Origin: Octopus sinensis
Lineage: Eukaryota
Length of the DNA: 64,000 nt
NCBI RefSeq assembly: GCF_006345805.1
Contig: NC_043001.1
Span: 27,590,001-27,654,000, forward strand
Reading direction: 5' to 3'
Below the pieces are notes generated by a model, which was not told the origin of the DNA, made no database searches, and saw only the letters and a list, made by a program, of their open reading frames with translations. Positions 13,916 through 26,849 of the stretch are shown in pieces. How positions within the stretch are numbered: position 1 is the stretch's first letter; each line of letters begins with the position of its first letter. Made by a program: the position numbers and the translations under genes.

Positions 13916-14430
13916 ATCAATAGTAATAGCAGAGTAGTAGTGGCCATGGCCGTGGTAGCATTAGAGTAGTAGCAACGGAGGTGGTGGTAGTAGTATATAG
14001 AAGTAATGTCATTGGCAGTAGTAATGATTGTGTTGGTGGTGGTGATGTAGTAGAGTAGTATATAGTAGTGGTGTCAGTGGTAGTATAGTAGAAGTGACAG
14101 TAGTGGTGGCAGTAATAGTACAGTAGTACTGGCAGTGTTGTAGTGGTAGTGGCCAAAGTGTTTGTAGTAGTATTGCAGTAGCACCAATGGTGGTTATAGA
14201 ATAGTTATAGTGGTAGTAGTGTAATAGAAGTGGTGATGGTAGCAAGACTATAGTGGTGTGACAGTAAAGTTGTGGTGGTGGTGGTAATAGTATGGTGGTG
14301 ATGATAATAGTGTGGCGGTGATGGTGGTGGTGGTAGCAGTAGTAGTAGTAGTAGTTTGGTGGTGGTAGTAGTAGTAGTAGTAATAGTTTGGTGGTGGTGG
14401 TAGTAGTAGTAGTGGTGGTGGTGGTGGTGG
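13916..14430. repeat. Degenerate (GTA/GTG)n trinucleotide tract
   Basis: Seen directly. Confidence 0.9.
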
Positions 14431-17400
14431 TAGACTTTATGATTTGGATCTTGGCTCTAACAATTTAACCCTTCATCCCATCATATATCATCTACGTCTA
14501 ACATCTTAACCATTCATCTACCACACTCGCGCATTACAGTTGATATTTCGATTCAAATGCTGAATAAAAAGTTTGAATGAAAATTCTACAATTCAGGAAG
14601 CGTGAATGACAGAAGAGAGGAAGCCAATCGGCGTGAAATCGATTATGTGCCAGATAGAAATACTTTGCGGTATTTGGTAGAAGTCTTTTTACGTCAGGGT
14701 TCAAATACAGCCGTGGTCAATTTTTGTTTTCATCCTTTCGTAGTCAATAAATAAAGTACAAGTCAGGTACTAGAGTCGATGACATCAACTATGCCGCGAC
14801 CACTACCTCAAATTTGCTGGCCTTATGCCAAAATTTAGAACCACTCCACCGATGTCGACTTTGTTTTTCATGCTTTTGGACATTGGGATCGATGTAATAG
14901 ACTGGCCCCCTTCCCGCAAAATTCCAGGCGTTGTGCCCTATATCAGACAGAATTATTATTATTACTATTATTTGAGGATGACAGAATCGGCAGAGCGTTG
15001 AACATGATAATGTCTTCAGTATTTTGTTAGGTCGTTTTATGTTTAGTTCAAAGCTTGCTAGAGTCTATAATAATTCGTAAGCCGTTAAAAATAGGTACCA
15101 GTCGGGTTAAACAACTATGATCTCTTACAAATGTCAGGTCAGATCAAATGTTTGAAATACTTTGTTTTAAAAGACAGGGAAATGAGAGCCCCAATCAAAT
15201 ACAAGAATCTATTAGGCCTATATTTGTTAAACTCTTCTGCATAAACCCAAAGCTTCGTGCATTATGTAAGAAATCCTTCATTTCAAAGGCCAGTTGGACG
15301 GCAGAATCTGTACAGGCGCCTGACAAAATGTTTTAATGGTATCTACTTAAATCTTTTATATTCTGAGTTCAAATCTAATCGGTGTTAACTTTGTCTTTTT
15401 CTCTTTTTTACCCCTCACTAAATAAATACCAGTCAACTGCTGGAGTCAATTGGATTGACACTCCACCTTCAAAACTTGTGGCTTTTTGCCAAAGTTACAA
15501 ACCAGTTACTATTGTTACAAGTGTGTATTCTAAAACAAAAGTGAGATTCTTTAGTCATTAGATAAATTAAAGTACTGTATAGCCAATTGACAAAACAAGC
15601 TTCCCATATCAAAGCATAATTTCTACAGCATACGAATTCAGCATTAAAACCAAATGTATAAGATAAAGTAGGAAGAAACTGAATAACTGTGATCTGGATC
15701 TTTATTGGAGTCTTCCTTCAACTTCCATTTCAAATTTGATTCAACATTTCCATGAGAAAACGTTTTTATAACTCGTTGAAAGTATTACCAATAACTATAT
15801 GATCTCTGAATGTTAGTATAACAAAGTAATACAAATGTTTATTAGTGTCCGATTATGAATGAATAAAAAGACTCAGACTGCACACTGCAAGAAAGCTCCA
15901 GTAGAATATTCGATAGCTGTAAAATTCAATATTATACACAGTCTCACACAAAAAATTTATGTTGGTACCAATTTCAGTTCGGAGATGTGTACAAAAATTA
16001 ACTCATACATACAAGTAACTCGTCCACAACCACTACATAACGAAGAGTAAGAGATTATATTTCAGTAAAACAGTCAGCGAGGGTTAGTTTCTGGGGGAAG
16101 AAATGGGCGCAATATAAGCGCTTTGCAACAAGGACTCGATTTATAAGAATGAAGAGAAATAAATATATAAACATATATACGAACAAACTTACATGCCTCG
16201 AATATTTTAATATATTTACTGTTGTATTTGCCTATGTTATAAGACATTTTAGGGACGACGAAGTTTGTGTCCGTCTTGATCATTAAAACCCAACGTATAT
16301 TCGTTGATCTACACTTTTTTAATACATACACGACCTGTCTTATCATTATTATTATTATCATCACTACCATTTCATCAACATCACCATTTTGATAATGCTA
16401 ATGACAGATTGACAACAATGACAATTCATAAAACGCCCCTCTCAGATTTATGTGTGAATGAATAACAACAGAGCACAGTAAAATACTACATCTTTACATG
16501 TAGGGCTTTTTATTGTTTTCGTTTTCGAGTGCTGTAACTACGTTTGGTACTGAGATAATGTGTGTAAATAACAGTATACCGTTATACGATGTGTACGCAT
16601 CATAAGATAACTATCTCTCTCGATATAATGTTTTTCTTTAAATCTCACAAGGGTGCAAGACAGGAATGTACTGTAGTACAAATGCAATTAAATGAGAAAT
16701 GGTCAAAGAACACATTAAAACGGGGTGGGTGGGGTGACATATGCACATAATATGTGCGCGCGTGATTATGTATCTGTGGATGTGTGTAATTAATTACACT
16801 CATCCATAGATATTGACATTGTAGCGCTGTGTGAATATATGGTATAACTAAGCCACTGTCATTTTGTGTACACCTTTAAAAGTGTACGTGCGTATATGTG
16901 TGAGCACTTGTGTATAGTTAAAATTATTGGTATCACCTAACATGTGTATAATAATGCTGGCGTCAATAGTATAGTTCGAAATCAATGATGCTAAAATTGA
17001 TGGCAGTTGTATAGCAGGAATTCTAACCAATAGATAAAGTCTAAGATGGCACGCTGATAAACAGGCACAATTGAACTAACAGTTAAGAAAACAAGATTAA
17101 CAATCGAAAAGGAATTCTTTTGTAGAGTAATCATTAACATTTTTAATCAGGATGAGATAAATAAGAAGTTATACAAAACGATTTCGTTATTATTGGGAAC
17201 ATTTAAAATTTTCAAGACTGAATATATATTATATCAAGTGATTTGACGATTTTCAGTTAAAACACAAATATTTCTATTTAACAAAGTAGACGGCAATTAG
17301 GTAACCTTATCCTTAATCTTATTAACCGAGTTTAATTTTTAGATATGCACCAAAGATGGTGCTATTATCGAGAGATGATATGGTTCTCTCTTTTTTTTTT

Positions 17401-18595
17401 TACACCGTAACGTACACACAAACTGGGCTTGTGTTTATGTGAGTACATATGTGGGAGATCAATGATGCATAACCTACAACTTCCTTCACTTGTTAATTAA
17501 TAGAATAGGAGCTATTCATTTGCTTCAAGCTTTCAAGTGGGAACTGGCTGCCACATATGCGTGTGCATGTTACGATATATATTATTAAGAAACGAATTAT
17601 TTATGCACGTACACATATACATATTGATCATTAGTTGGTTTGTCAAATGTAAAGTAACTTTCTCTTTCGCCATCAACTGATATCAAGTGCAGATACTAGT
17701 GCGTAAAACAACGGTTTAATCAATCCTACATATTGCATTAATTACAAATAAATGATTTGGAGTAATTCTGAATAAATCATTGGTGATGGGCTCTGTCACA
17801 ATTCACTTGACATTCAACTAGTCACCATCACCACCCGCAGCTTTCATTTTCGAATAGTAGCTTATATACGGAGCATCATCGTAATCATCATAGCAACGAG
17901 ACAGCAATAGCATAAATGAAACAAACTAATCTAAAATTATCATCGCACTACAATTTCATTTCCATTTTGTTGTTATGAGAGGCCGATGCTAAGATTAGAT
18001 TGCACCTGTTTACGCTAGGTTCTGAAACTATAGACTTGTGATATATAACGTAAACAACAGCTTTTAATAATAGTTACGCCTGTTGGGTTTTATATACATA
18101 AGATGTTCTCATTCGGGAAAGTGAATAAAAGTATCGAAAATAAAATTATAATTTATACTCGAAATAGACGGTTAACTATAGATATAGTCAATGAAAAAAA
18201 AATAAAAGAAAAATACAAAAAGAATAGTACAAGCATTGCGATTACAGATACAAAATTATCAGAAAGCTGTTCTGAAGTACAAGTAGTTACAATTGTCAGA
18301 TTTAAGTTTATGTAGACTGACATTAATTATTTGATCGTTATAATAACAACAGGAAAACTCATTCATAACAAATTAAATTCATCAAGTATAATTAATTCTG
18401 ACAGAGAATGTAAACAACAAAAAAAAATAATAATAATAACAAGATATTTGATTTAAATTTGTGTATTTAAAAACTAATGTTACACGACTCGAAATATATG
18501 AAAAGTATCTTAATCGTCGAACATATGGTAAACTAAACATGAAAAACCGTTCGAGGATGCTATAAATAAGCGAAACTATACATAACATAACATAC

Positions 18596-18720
18596 CTGTA
18601 AGATGGAATCCTGGGACGATGAGCCAACTGCACCATGCAACGGTACATGTCCATCTTACGGCTTGCTCTGATGCTTGGCTTTCGTTTACCTTGAAACATA
18701 GCAGAACACCGGAAATTCAG
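18596..18720 (-). other. Possible first exon of a divergent transcript
   Basis: Minus-strand CAG|GTATGT donor at 18596/18595 and a strong polypyrimidine acceptor at 18398. No convincing coding continuation. Confidence 0.3.
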
Positions 18721-18765
18721 ATGACGATTTCACAACCAACACTTCCGTTAGCGACAAACATGGCG
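18705..18765. promoter_or_regulatory. RRP7A proximal promoter/5' region, housekeeping type
   Basis: ETS-like CCGGAAAT (18709-18716) and ACTTCCGT (18741-18748). YY1-like AAACATGGCG overlaps the start codon. Locally CpG-richer unique sequence. Confidence 0.55.
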
Positions 18766-18790
18766 AAGCACAGCGTGCTTGGTTTCAACG
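18760..18790 (+). CDS. RRP7A: RRP7A exon 1 (MAKHSVLGFN + 1 nt)
   Basis: Strong Kozak context acaaacATGG and GT donor at 18791. The phase 1 end joins exon 2 to give an open frame. Confidence 0.85.
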
Positions 18791-20179
18791 GTAACGTTAA
18801 TTTTGTCAAATTTCCTCTTTTTAAAATTGTTTCAAGTAACCACATCATGCTTATTTTATATTTCAGTAACCAATTATAACGTAGAAAAACTGCTTTGAGA
18901 TTTCAAACGTATTTCTTTCCATTGTTTTTGTTTTTAAAAGTTTCGATCTTGTTTGCCGTCAGATTTCTCTCTCAAAAATCTCAGTTTATATACAAATATG
19001 ATTATTTTGAAACCGTTATCGTTATATTAAATGTGTAGAAATTATTAATTTTGTAACTTATTGATTCAGATTTTTTTGAAAAATAAAATTTAAAAGTATT
19101 AAGTTTGTTATTCTCAAGTACATTTGCATCTTGTTCACAAACACGTGTTAAATTCATTTTATATATTGCAGTTCTAAGCTTTCTCGTTATTTTCCCATTT
19201 GTTTTCATACACCAGCTATTACCACTTCTCTGTGATTATTTGGTTTTGTACATTTTTACCACGAGTCGGTAAGGAGACTTTTGGGTAGTCACTGGACTGG
19301 TTAACAACATTGTTGCTTGACTTGTCACCATAGTTCGCCTTTGGAAATGATTTCATCAATTTGTATTGCTAATCTCTATTGTAAACAATGAGAAGGATTT
19401 TTAATAGATTGACTCTCTGTAATCATAGTTGTGGTTGGTTTAATCCCTTACTGGCATTTGAGCTGTGATTTTTTTCTGTCTCTCCGATAAGTTAAGGGTT
19501 TGCAACAAATATGGTATGAAATTTAGTGTAGAACTTCCACGAAAGCATTAATCAAAATGTACAAAAGTAAACATGATGCAAAAAGATAGAGTGAAAAGTA
19601 AAAGTGTTTTATGCTACTGACGTAGAAGAGAAAGAAGTAGTGAAGTTAAATATAATGTTGGTCTGGATGACAAACGATCAAGATGAGTGGTGATAAACTA
19701 ATAGCATCTATCCAACCTATGTCAGCATAGAGAAATAGCTGTTATTTCAAGCAAGACAAGTGGCTTTATAGAAGCTCATTGGCTCATGCGATCATGAGAA
19801 AAGCTAATGGTAGATAGATTGCTTAGGAATGAGATACTATGTTGTATATCTATGTAAGGGGAGAGAGAGTGAAATGATTGGTGAAGGAGGGGGGGGGCTA
19901 GCTCTGGAATAATTATCTTTGAGGAACCAGTTAGAAAATTAGTTTTAAAATATTAAGTTTAGAATTCTATGATTATTCTCAGCTTCTAATTTCAGGAATA
20001 GGTTGGGATAATCAGCAAAATCAGATATCATTATACATTCCTGAAGTTTCCAAACATTAAGAGTGTGTATGTGTGTATATATATATTTCATGTTGTCACT
20101 ATTATTGTGTTAAAATTTGTCATAACTCATACAATCAATATATTTGTGTTATATTTTTTAAATATTTTTGTACTTGCAG

Positions 20180-20319
20180 TTGTTCGTGTTAAAATAACAG
20201 AAGACAGTGAAGTTATTCGACATCTTTTTATTAAACCTCATTCTACAAGAGACGCAGATCCCCAACGACCAAAAGATAGAACCTTGTTTGTCATCAATAT
20301 TCCTCCATATGTGAATAAA
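20180..20319 (+). CDS. RRP7A: RRP7A exon 2 (VVRVKITEDSEVIRHLFIKPHSTRDADPQRPKDRTLFVINIPPYVNK)
   Basis: ttgcag acceptor and gtaggt donor. RTLFVINIPPY matches the RRP7 N-terminal RRM-like motif (human RTLFVLNVPPY). Confidence 0.95.
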
Positions 20320-20554
20320 GTAGGTCTTTATTAGAATATTTCAGGTGTTTAGCAGAAATGTTGTTTAAATGTCATGAATCACAAACCATACACCAGACCC
20401 ATTGGAGAGTAAATGCTTTGTTAAAATTGTCAATAATGCATATTCCTTGCATTACATTATGTTACATACGCCAAACCTACTCAACAAGAATACTCAAATG
20501 CTAAATACCCTGTACATATGCATAAATTTACAGTTCCTGTTTACTTCTATATAT

Positions 20555-20783
20555 CACCGTAACCGACCAGGCTATCAGATGTTGCTACACATCGCTGGTC
20601 ACAATGCACTTTGCATTGTTTTAGCCTTCAAATGACGCCACCCTGCTGGCTAAGCGAGCAGGCCAACAGAAGAAAGAGTGAGAGAAAGTTGTGGCAAAAG
20701 AGTACAGCAGGGATCACAAAGCCCGGTCTGGGAATCATGACCGTGAGTCTGCTGCCCTAACCACTGGGCCATTGCGCCTCCAC
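20555..20783 (-). mobile_element. tRNA-headed SINE family E, internally deleted
   Basis: Head GGAGGCGCAATGGCCCAGTGGTTAGGGCAG. The 12-bp TSD ACTTCTATATAT is at 20543-20554 and 20784-20795. Confidence 0.8.
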
Positions 20784-20966
20784 ACTTCTATATATATAGA
20801 TGTCACTTCTCAGATGGCTCTGGGGTTACCTGATTTTTCTTACTATCAGTTTGGTTTTTATCATGTTTACCTGTAATCTCTACTACTGACTGCAATGAGA
20901 ACTAGATCATCAGCATATAAAAGTCCCTATTGTCAACTAGTCTTGATATCTTGCATATAGTTTTAA

Positions 20967-22043
20967 CCCTTTCGTTACCAAACCGCCCGAAAAAAATTTT
21001 GGTTAATGTGACCAAGCCGCCCCAAACCGCCCGAATTTACCTATTCATATTTAAATGAGAATATCATAGTAAATCTCTTTAGTACATTCGTGAAAACACG
21101 TATTATACTTCGTAAACAGTTCAACTACAGTTTTGTACAAAAATCGAAGTGTAATTTTAATTCCATGAATTATGGGAGATTTTTTTCTGAAATTTGTTCC
21201 TATTGTGTTTTCAAAATTTGTAATTCTGACAAAAAATGGATACGAATTTCATTATATCAAGCAGCGAGTCAGAATTCGAAGGATTTTCTACTGAAGACCT
21301 TCATAAATCTAACTCTATGACTGAAAAAAAAAAGCATGTGGTATTTGATAATGAATCTGATGTTTCATTTTCCGAAAGTGAAAATAGTGAATCTGAGAGC
21401 TCCAACAGCGATAAAGAAAATGAATTGGCACCTGAATGGAGTGAAAATTTAAAAACTGTTTCTTTCGGTGGTTTTTCTGAAGAAACTGGACCAAGCCACA
21501 GACTTTCCCAGAAGAGTAAAGCCTTAAACTATTTCTTTTTACTTTTTCGAATGAGCCTATTTGAAATCATTACGGCGGAAACGAACCGTTACGCTAAACG
21601 TAAACAAAGCAAAAGAAAGGATAGTTTGTTATTTCCCACAACCTTAAATGAAATTAAGGCCTATTTTGCCATAAATATTATTATGGGTATCAGAAAGTTA
21701 CCCAGAATAACAAATTCTATCGTAAAATTTTGTTGTATACCCAATTGAATATTAGCTAATAACCAATTTTCTATAGCGATGTTTGAACAAAATTTTAATA
21801 ATTTTATATATTGTTGAATTTACCTGTATCTACCTGCAATTAGAGTCACTTTGTGACAAAAATTATAGTATAGAATTGGTTGAGAACATTTCATTAAATT
21901 ATCTTCCAAAATTCATGTTAATATATTGATAAATAAAAAAGTAATAGTTGTTTAATGAAACCAGACTAAATTTATGATTACGTTAGAAATTAATTGAAAC
22001 ACATAAGGGGTGTATTTTGGTCAGAAATATAGTAACGAAAGGG
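20967..22043 (+). mobile_element. Internally deleted piggyBac transposon
   Basis: Perfect 12-bp TIRs (CCCTTTCGTTAC) and TTAA TSDs at 20963-20966 and 22044-22047. ORF 21236-21748 encodes a PGBD-type N-terminus (YFFLLF..TAETNRYA..TTLNEIKAYFAINIIMGI). Confidence 0.92.
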
Positions 22044-22934
22044 TTAAGAGCCAAAATGAATAAAAACTGACTTGTTCTCAACCAGAGTCTATATGACCCT
22101 TGGAGGTCCATATGAGATTTTGTTGTTAAAATTTATGTGCAAAATAAACCAGTTATATTTCTACATTACACAAAAATGTTTTCACAATTTTTTTTTATAC
22201 AATTCCTAATATTATTTCATTAATGAAATACAATAAAATTTTTAAAATCTCAAATGGCTGTGGACTTCGGCCTGAGTGAAATAGGTATTAAAAGGGTCCA
22301 TAGGAAAAAAATGATCCTAGTAGACACTTATGTTTTACTAAACTTGTTGTTGGCTATACTGCACAAATAATACATCTCAACCTATTTCTTCAAACATCCA
22401 CCAGTCTACAGTTTGGAGGACTGTGTCATAGACACTGAGTGGTTTGCTCTTAGTTAAGAAATTTACTTACAATGCCTTCAATAGAGATATAGCTTTTGTT
22501 AGCCTTTGTCCTGACATAAACCAAAACTGTGTTTTATCCAAGCTAATCCTTATACAAACTGATGTTACTAAAATTTTTATCTACTTCTAAGACAATCCAT
22601 TAGTTTGAGATTCCTGTAATTGATCTACTCCAGTACATCTCTACAGGTCTTTGTAAAGATCACTGATGTTACTTATTGACAATCATTGCTTTTCCTGATT
22701 AACAAAATGAGTAACTAGCATATGAGGAGCTATGTAGTCTGATCTGTTCAATATCTCAACAATTGATGAACCTGCCTCTTTCTTTGTCTTCATTTACTTT
22801 ATAGCTTTACTTGCCATGCTGCTGCTGGCCCCTATATTATTTCACTTGAATTTGTCATTTATATTTCTCACTTAACAACCTTTTATTTCACCTAAGATCA
22901 TTCCCCACCCTCTCCCTGTTCAAAATAATCCTCC

Positions 22935-23130
22935 AGGCACACTGTGCGGGTGGCACGTAAAAAGCACCCACTACACTCACGGAGTGGTTGGCGTTAGGAA
23001 GGGCATCCAGCCGTAGAAACACTGCCAGATCTGACTGGGCCTGATGAAGTCTTCCGGCTTCACAGACCCCAGTTGAACCGTCCAACCCATGCTAGCATGG
23101 AAAACGAACGCTAAACGATGATGATGATGC
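22935..23130 (+). repeat. RTE 3' UTR repeat (beta variant)
   Basis: GGAGTGGTTGGCGTTAGGAAGGGCATCCAGCC..CATGCTAGCATGGAAA..(GAT)n. Confidence 0.85.
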
Positions 23131-24340
23131 AATAACAGAGGAAATTAAGTTGGGTTACCCCTGTGAGCTTTATGCTGATGACCTGTTTCTTATAGCTGAA
23201 TCACTACTAGAACTGTAGAAAAAATTTCAGATGTGGAATCAAGGTCTGGAATCAAAGGGCTTTAGAGTTAATTTAGCAAAAACCAAAGTCTTAGTAAGTG
23301 GGAAAGCAGACAAATCACAAATCCCTTCAGGTAGATGGCCCTGCTCGATATGAAGAAAATGCATTGGTAGAAGCTCCATAAGGTGTACCCAATGCAAGCT
23401 ATGGGCACATACTATCAGAGTAAGCTATGGACACAGCAATATCAGAGGAAGGTTAACAGAGTTAATAGATTTGTGTGTAGCAGATGCACAGATATAATAA
23501 ACACTAGAAATATGCAGAAAATAGACTCCATCAAATGCCAGGGGGAATACCAGAAGTAGTTGATAGCTTTTGTTATCTAGGTGACCAAGTCAGCAGTGAA
23601 GGTGGATGCTCCAAGAGTCTAGCTGCTAGAATAAGAATTGGCTGGACAAAGTTCAGAAAGCTTCTATCTTTGTTGGCAACAAAGAGCTTCTCCCACAGAG
23701 TGAAAGGCAAATTGTATGATGCCTGTATTTGAACAGCCATGCTACACAGCAATGAAATATGGGCTGTGACTGCAGGGGACATGCGAAGGCTTGAAAGAAA
23801 TGAATCTGGTATGCTCTGCTGGATGTGCAATGTCAGCGTGTGTATACAACAGAGTGTAAACATCTTGAGAGAAAAATTGGGCATAAGAAGCATCAGATGT
23901 ATGCAAGAGAGATATCTGTGCTGGTATGGTCATATGACGCATATGGATGGGGACAGCTGCATGAAGAAATACAGATCTCTCGGTGTGGAGGGAACCTGAG
24001 GAAGAGGTTGATCCAGGAAGACATGAGATGAGGTAGTTAAGCATGATCTTGGAATGTGGGTTCTCACAAAGGTGATAAGAAGTGCTCGTGACCTTTGTCA
24101 AGCCAAGTGAAATCGTAATTGTGGCTGGTACCAGTGACATGTTAAAGCACCATTGCTGGTGACGTGTAAAAGGCACCCACTACACTCATGGAGTGGTTGG
24201 TATTTGGAAGGACATCCAGTTGTAGAAACCAAGCCAAAATCAGAAACTGGAACCTGGTGCAGCTCTCTGGCTTACCAGTTCCAGTCAAACCATCTAACCC
24301 ATGCCAGCATGGAAAGTGGATGTTAAATGAGGATGATGAT
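23131..24340 (+). mobile_element. RTE LINE, RT C-terminal half plus 3' UTR, in intron 2
   Basis: LYADDL, VDSFCYLG, RIRIGWTKF, KGKLYDAC and WYGHM motifs. Ends in the GGAAGGGCATCC-type UTR with a (GAT)n tail. Confidence 0.9.
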
Positions 24341-25020
24341 TTCTAGGCCTGTTTTCCATCCTTGTCACTGAAATGAAATTGCTATGAGGCTTCTTCCAGC
24401 CTACATTTGATGCAGCAGTCTGCAGTTGCTGCATCAAATGAAAGTAAAGTACTGATAGGATGATCTAGTGAGAGGTGGGAGATTGCAGGCTGATGGATAA
24501 TATTTTTAGCATGACTTAGTGCATTTAAATGTCTTTATTTATAAACACATTTGTACTAATTCATGTATATAAACATGTATTTTGTGTGTGTGGAAAAAGT
24601 GATTTTGCTTTTAGTTCATATTAATTCCTGTGTTTATGCTGTTTGTGACATGATTTTAACTGAATTAGAGTAACTATCTTCTCTGTTAATAGCTAGATAA
24701 AATAGCAATTAATATAAGAAATCAGTATTATAGCTGTATTGTTTTATTTAATGCTGATAGTGAGGAAACATGAGTAAGATGTAGTTCCCTAACCTGTCTT
24801 GGACAGCAGGAACTCAAGAACTGACTCAGTTTATGACCATATATCCAGCCCACATCTGCTATGATGATGATGATGATGAGTGACATAGTACAAACTGCAC
24901 ATATACCAGGATTATATCAGTTTCAAAAATTGATGCATGTTAAGTATAGACGATTTTATTGAATCGTCGATTTTATTGAATATAATTACACCAAAATATG
25001 ATAAAATGATGTACAATTGA

Positions 25021-25400
25021 ATCATCATCATCGTTTAACGTCTGCTTTCCGTGCTAGCATGGGTTAGATGAATGACTGAGGGCTGGCGAACCAGATGGCT
25101 GCACCAGACTTCAATCTTGATCGGGCAGAATTTCTACAGCTGGATGCCCTTCCTAACACTAGCCACTCCGAGAGTGTAGTGGGTGCTTTTACGTGCCACT
25201 GGCACAGGGCCAGTCAGGTGGTACTGGCAACAACCTCACTCAAATCTTTTACACATGCCACCGGCACAGGTACCAGTAAGGTGATGCTGGTAACGATCAC
25301 ACTCGAATGGTATCTTTTACATGCCACTGGCACGGAGGCCAGATGGCCACTCTGGCAACGATCACACTCGGATGGTGCTCTTTAAGGCGATGCTAGTGAT
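25021..25400 (-). repeat. RTE 3' UTR repeat (alpha variant), antisense in intron 2
   Basis: Reverse complement of the 6660-6840 type. Confidence 0.85.
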
Positions 25401-25819
25401 ATTTTACACCAAAATGATGTACAAGTTTGGATCCAAGTGCTCACATCACCTTTTATATGTATACCATTTGTATCTGCACTTTACACTTATTTAAATGTAA
25501 GCATCTGTTTGTTATTCAGTCTTAAATTAACCTTTAATATCAACATAAATATATGCATATAATGTTTTTGCTAAGATGGGTGGGGTTTTTTTTTTAAACA
25601 ATTGCTGTTTTGCCTAAATTCCATTCCTAATCATAATTACTGGTGGTAAACTGAGTTATGTACCTATCTCAAAGTCACCACACAATTGATATTGTCCACT
25701 TTGAACTCTCATCTATTGTATTTCATGTGTGTGTGCTGTGTATGTAAATATGGAGAGAAAAGCAAGAAATGTGCAACCATCAAGTTATTAAACTGATTTA
25801 CTTTTTTATCTTCTTTTAG

Positions 25820-25945
25820 AAATGCTTGGAGAACTTTTTCTTAAAATGTGGTAAAATAGAAAATATCTACTTGTGCAACAAACCAACAACTGATCCAGTT
25901 GGTGTGGAGGTGTCAAAATACTTACCAAATACAGAGCCTTTAATG
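25820..25945 (+). CDS. RRP7A: RRP7A exon 3 (KCLENFFLKCGKIENIYLCNKPTTDPVGVEVSKYLPNTEPLM)
   Basis: Polypyrimidine tract plus ag acceptor, gtatgg donor, 126 nt, phase 0-0. Aligns with human ESLSRLLSTCGLVQSV... Confidence 0.92.
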
Positions 25946-26139
25946 GTATGGCTAATTTGTTTATATTATTATTTATATATTATTTTTGCTGTAATTGATG
26001 GGTCTTCTTGAGCACAGTAAAATGCCTGTTATCTTCTCTTTAAGATTCAGCATCTTGAGATTAGCCTCCAATACTTTGTCCCATGCTATCCTGGGTTTCC
26101 CTCCCACAAGTTCCATCTATTTTAAGCAATTATATTCCC

Positions 26140-26382
26140 CGACCGTCCTCTGTGCCGGTGGCACGTAAAAAGCACCATCCGATCATGGCCGTTTGCGAGC
26201 CTCGTCTGGCACGTAAAAAGCACCCACTACACTCACGGAGTGGTTGGCGTTAGGAAGGGCATCCAGCCGTAGAAACTTTGCCAGATCAGACTGGGCCTGG
26301 TGCAGCCTTCTGGCTTCCCAGACCCCAGTTGAACCGTCCAACCCATGCTAGCATGGAAAGCGGACGCTAAACGATGATGATG
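26140..26382 (+). repeat. RTE 3' UTR repeat (beta variant), CpG-intact
   Basis: Same motif set as 22935-23130. Confidence 0.85.
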
Positions 26383-26849
26383 GTGTAAGAAATGATTGTA
26401 CATTTATTTCAGGGCCTCTCTTTTTACATTTTGGTTCATCACTATAGAGAAATTCTATTATCTCTCTCAACTATGATTTTAACATATCTCAGTTTTAAAG
26501 GTGCATATTTTTAACATTTGAGGTTTTTTTCAAAGTGTATTGTGTCTGTACTTTGACTTCTTTTGTAGGAAGAGAAATACATGTATCCTCATCATCATCT
26601 GATATCCATTTTCCATGCTAGTATGGGTGGACACTTGACAGGATCCATATATACATAAGACAGATACCTGTGTATATCTGTACTCACACATGTGTGCATG
26701 TGCACACTCCACATATGTGCTACAGAGGATACACCATATTTAGTTTTAGTACAGTTTTTTCTCCAAAAATACTTGACAAATATTCACATGTCTTTATAAA
26801 CTTCTACACTAGCAAAGTCATGAAATGTAATTTTCAGAAGGCAGCTGAT

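Noticed and set aside
16056-16290. Frame KQSARVSFWGKKWAQYKRF with amidation and dibasic-like sites after a tttcag acceptor (neuropeptide-like)
   Set aside because: There is no signal-peptide exon or repeated peptide, so it is compatible with chance.
18619-18879. 86-aa ORF spanning the RRP7A start
   Set aside because: Only 18760-18790 is supported. The rest is upstream sequence and read-through into intron 1.
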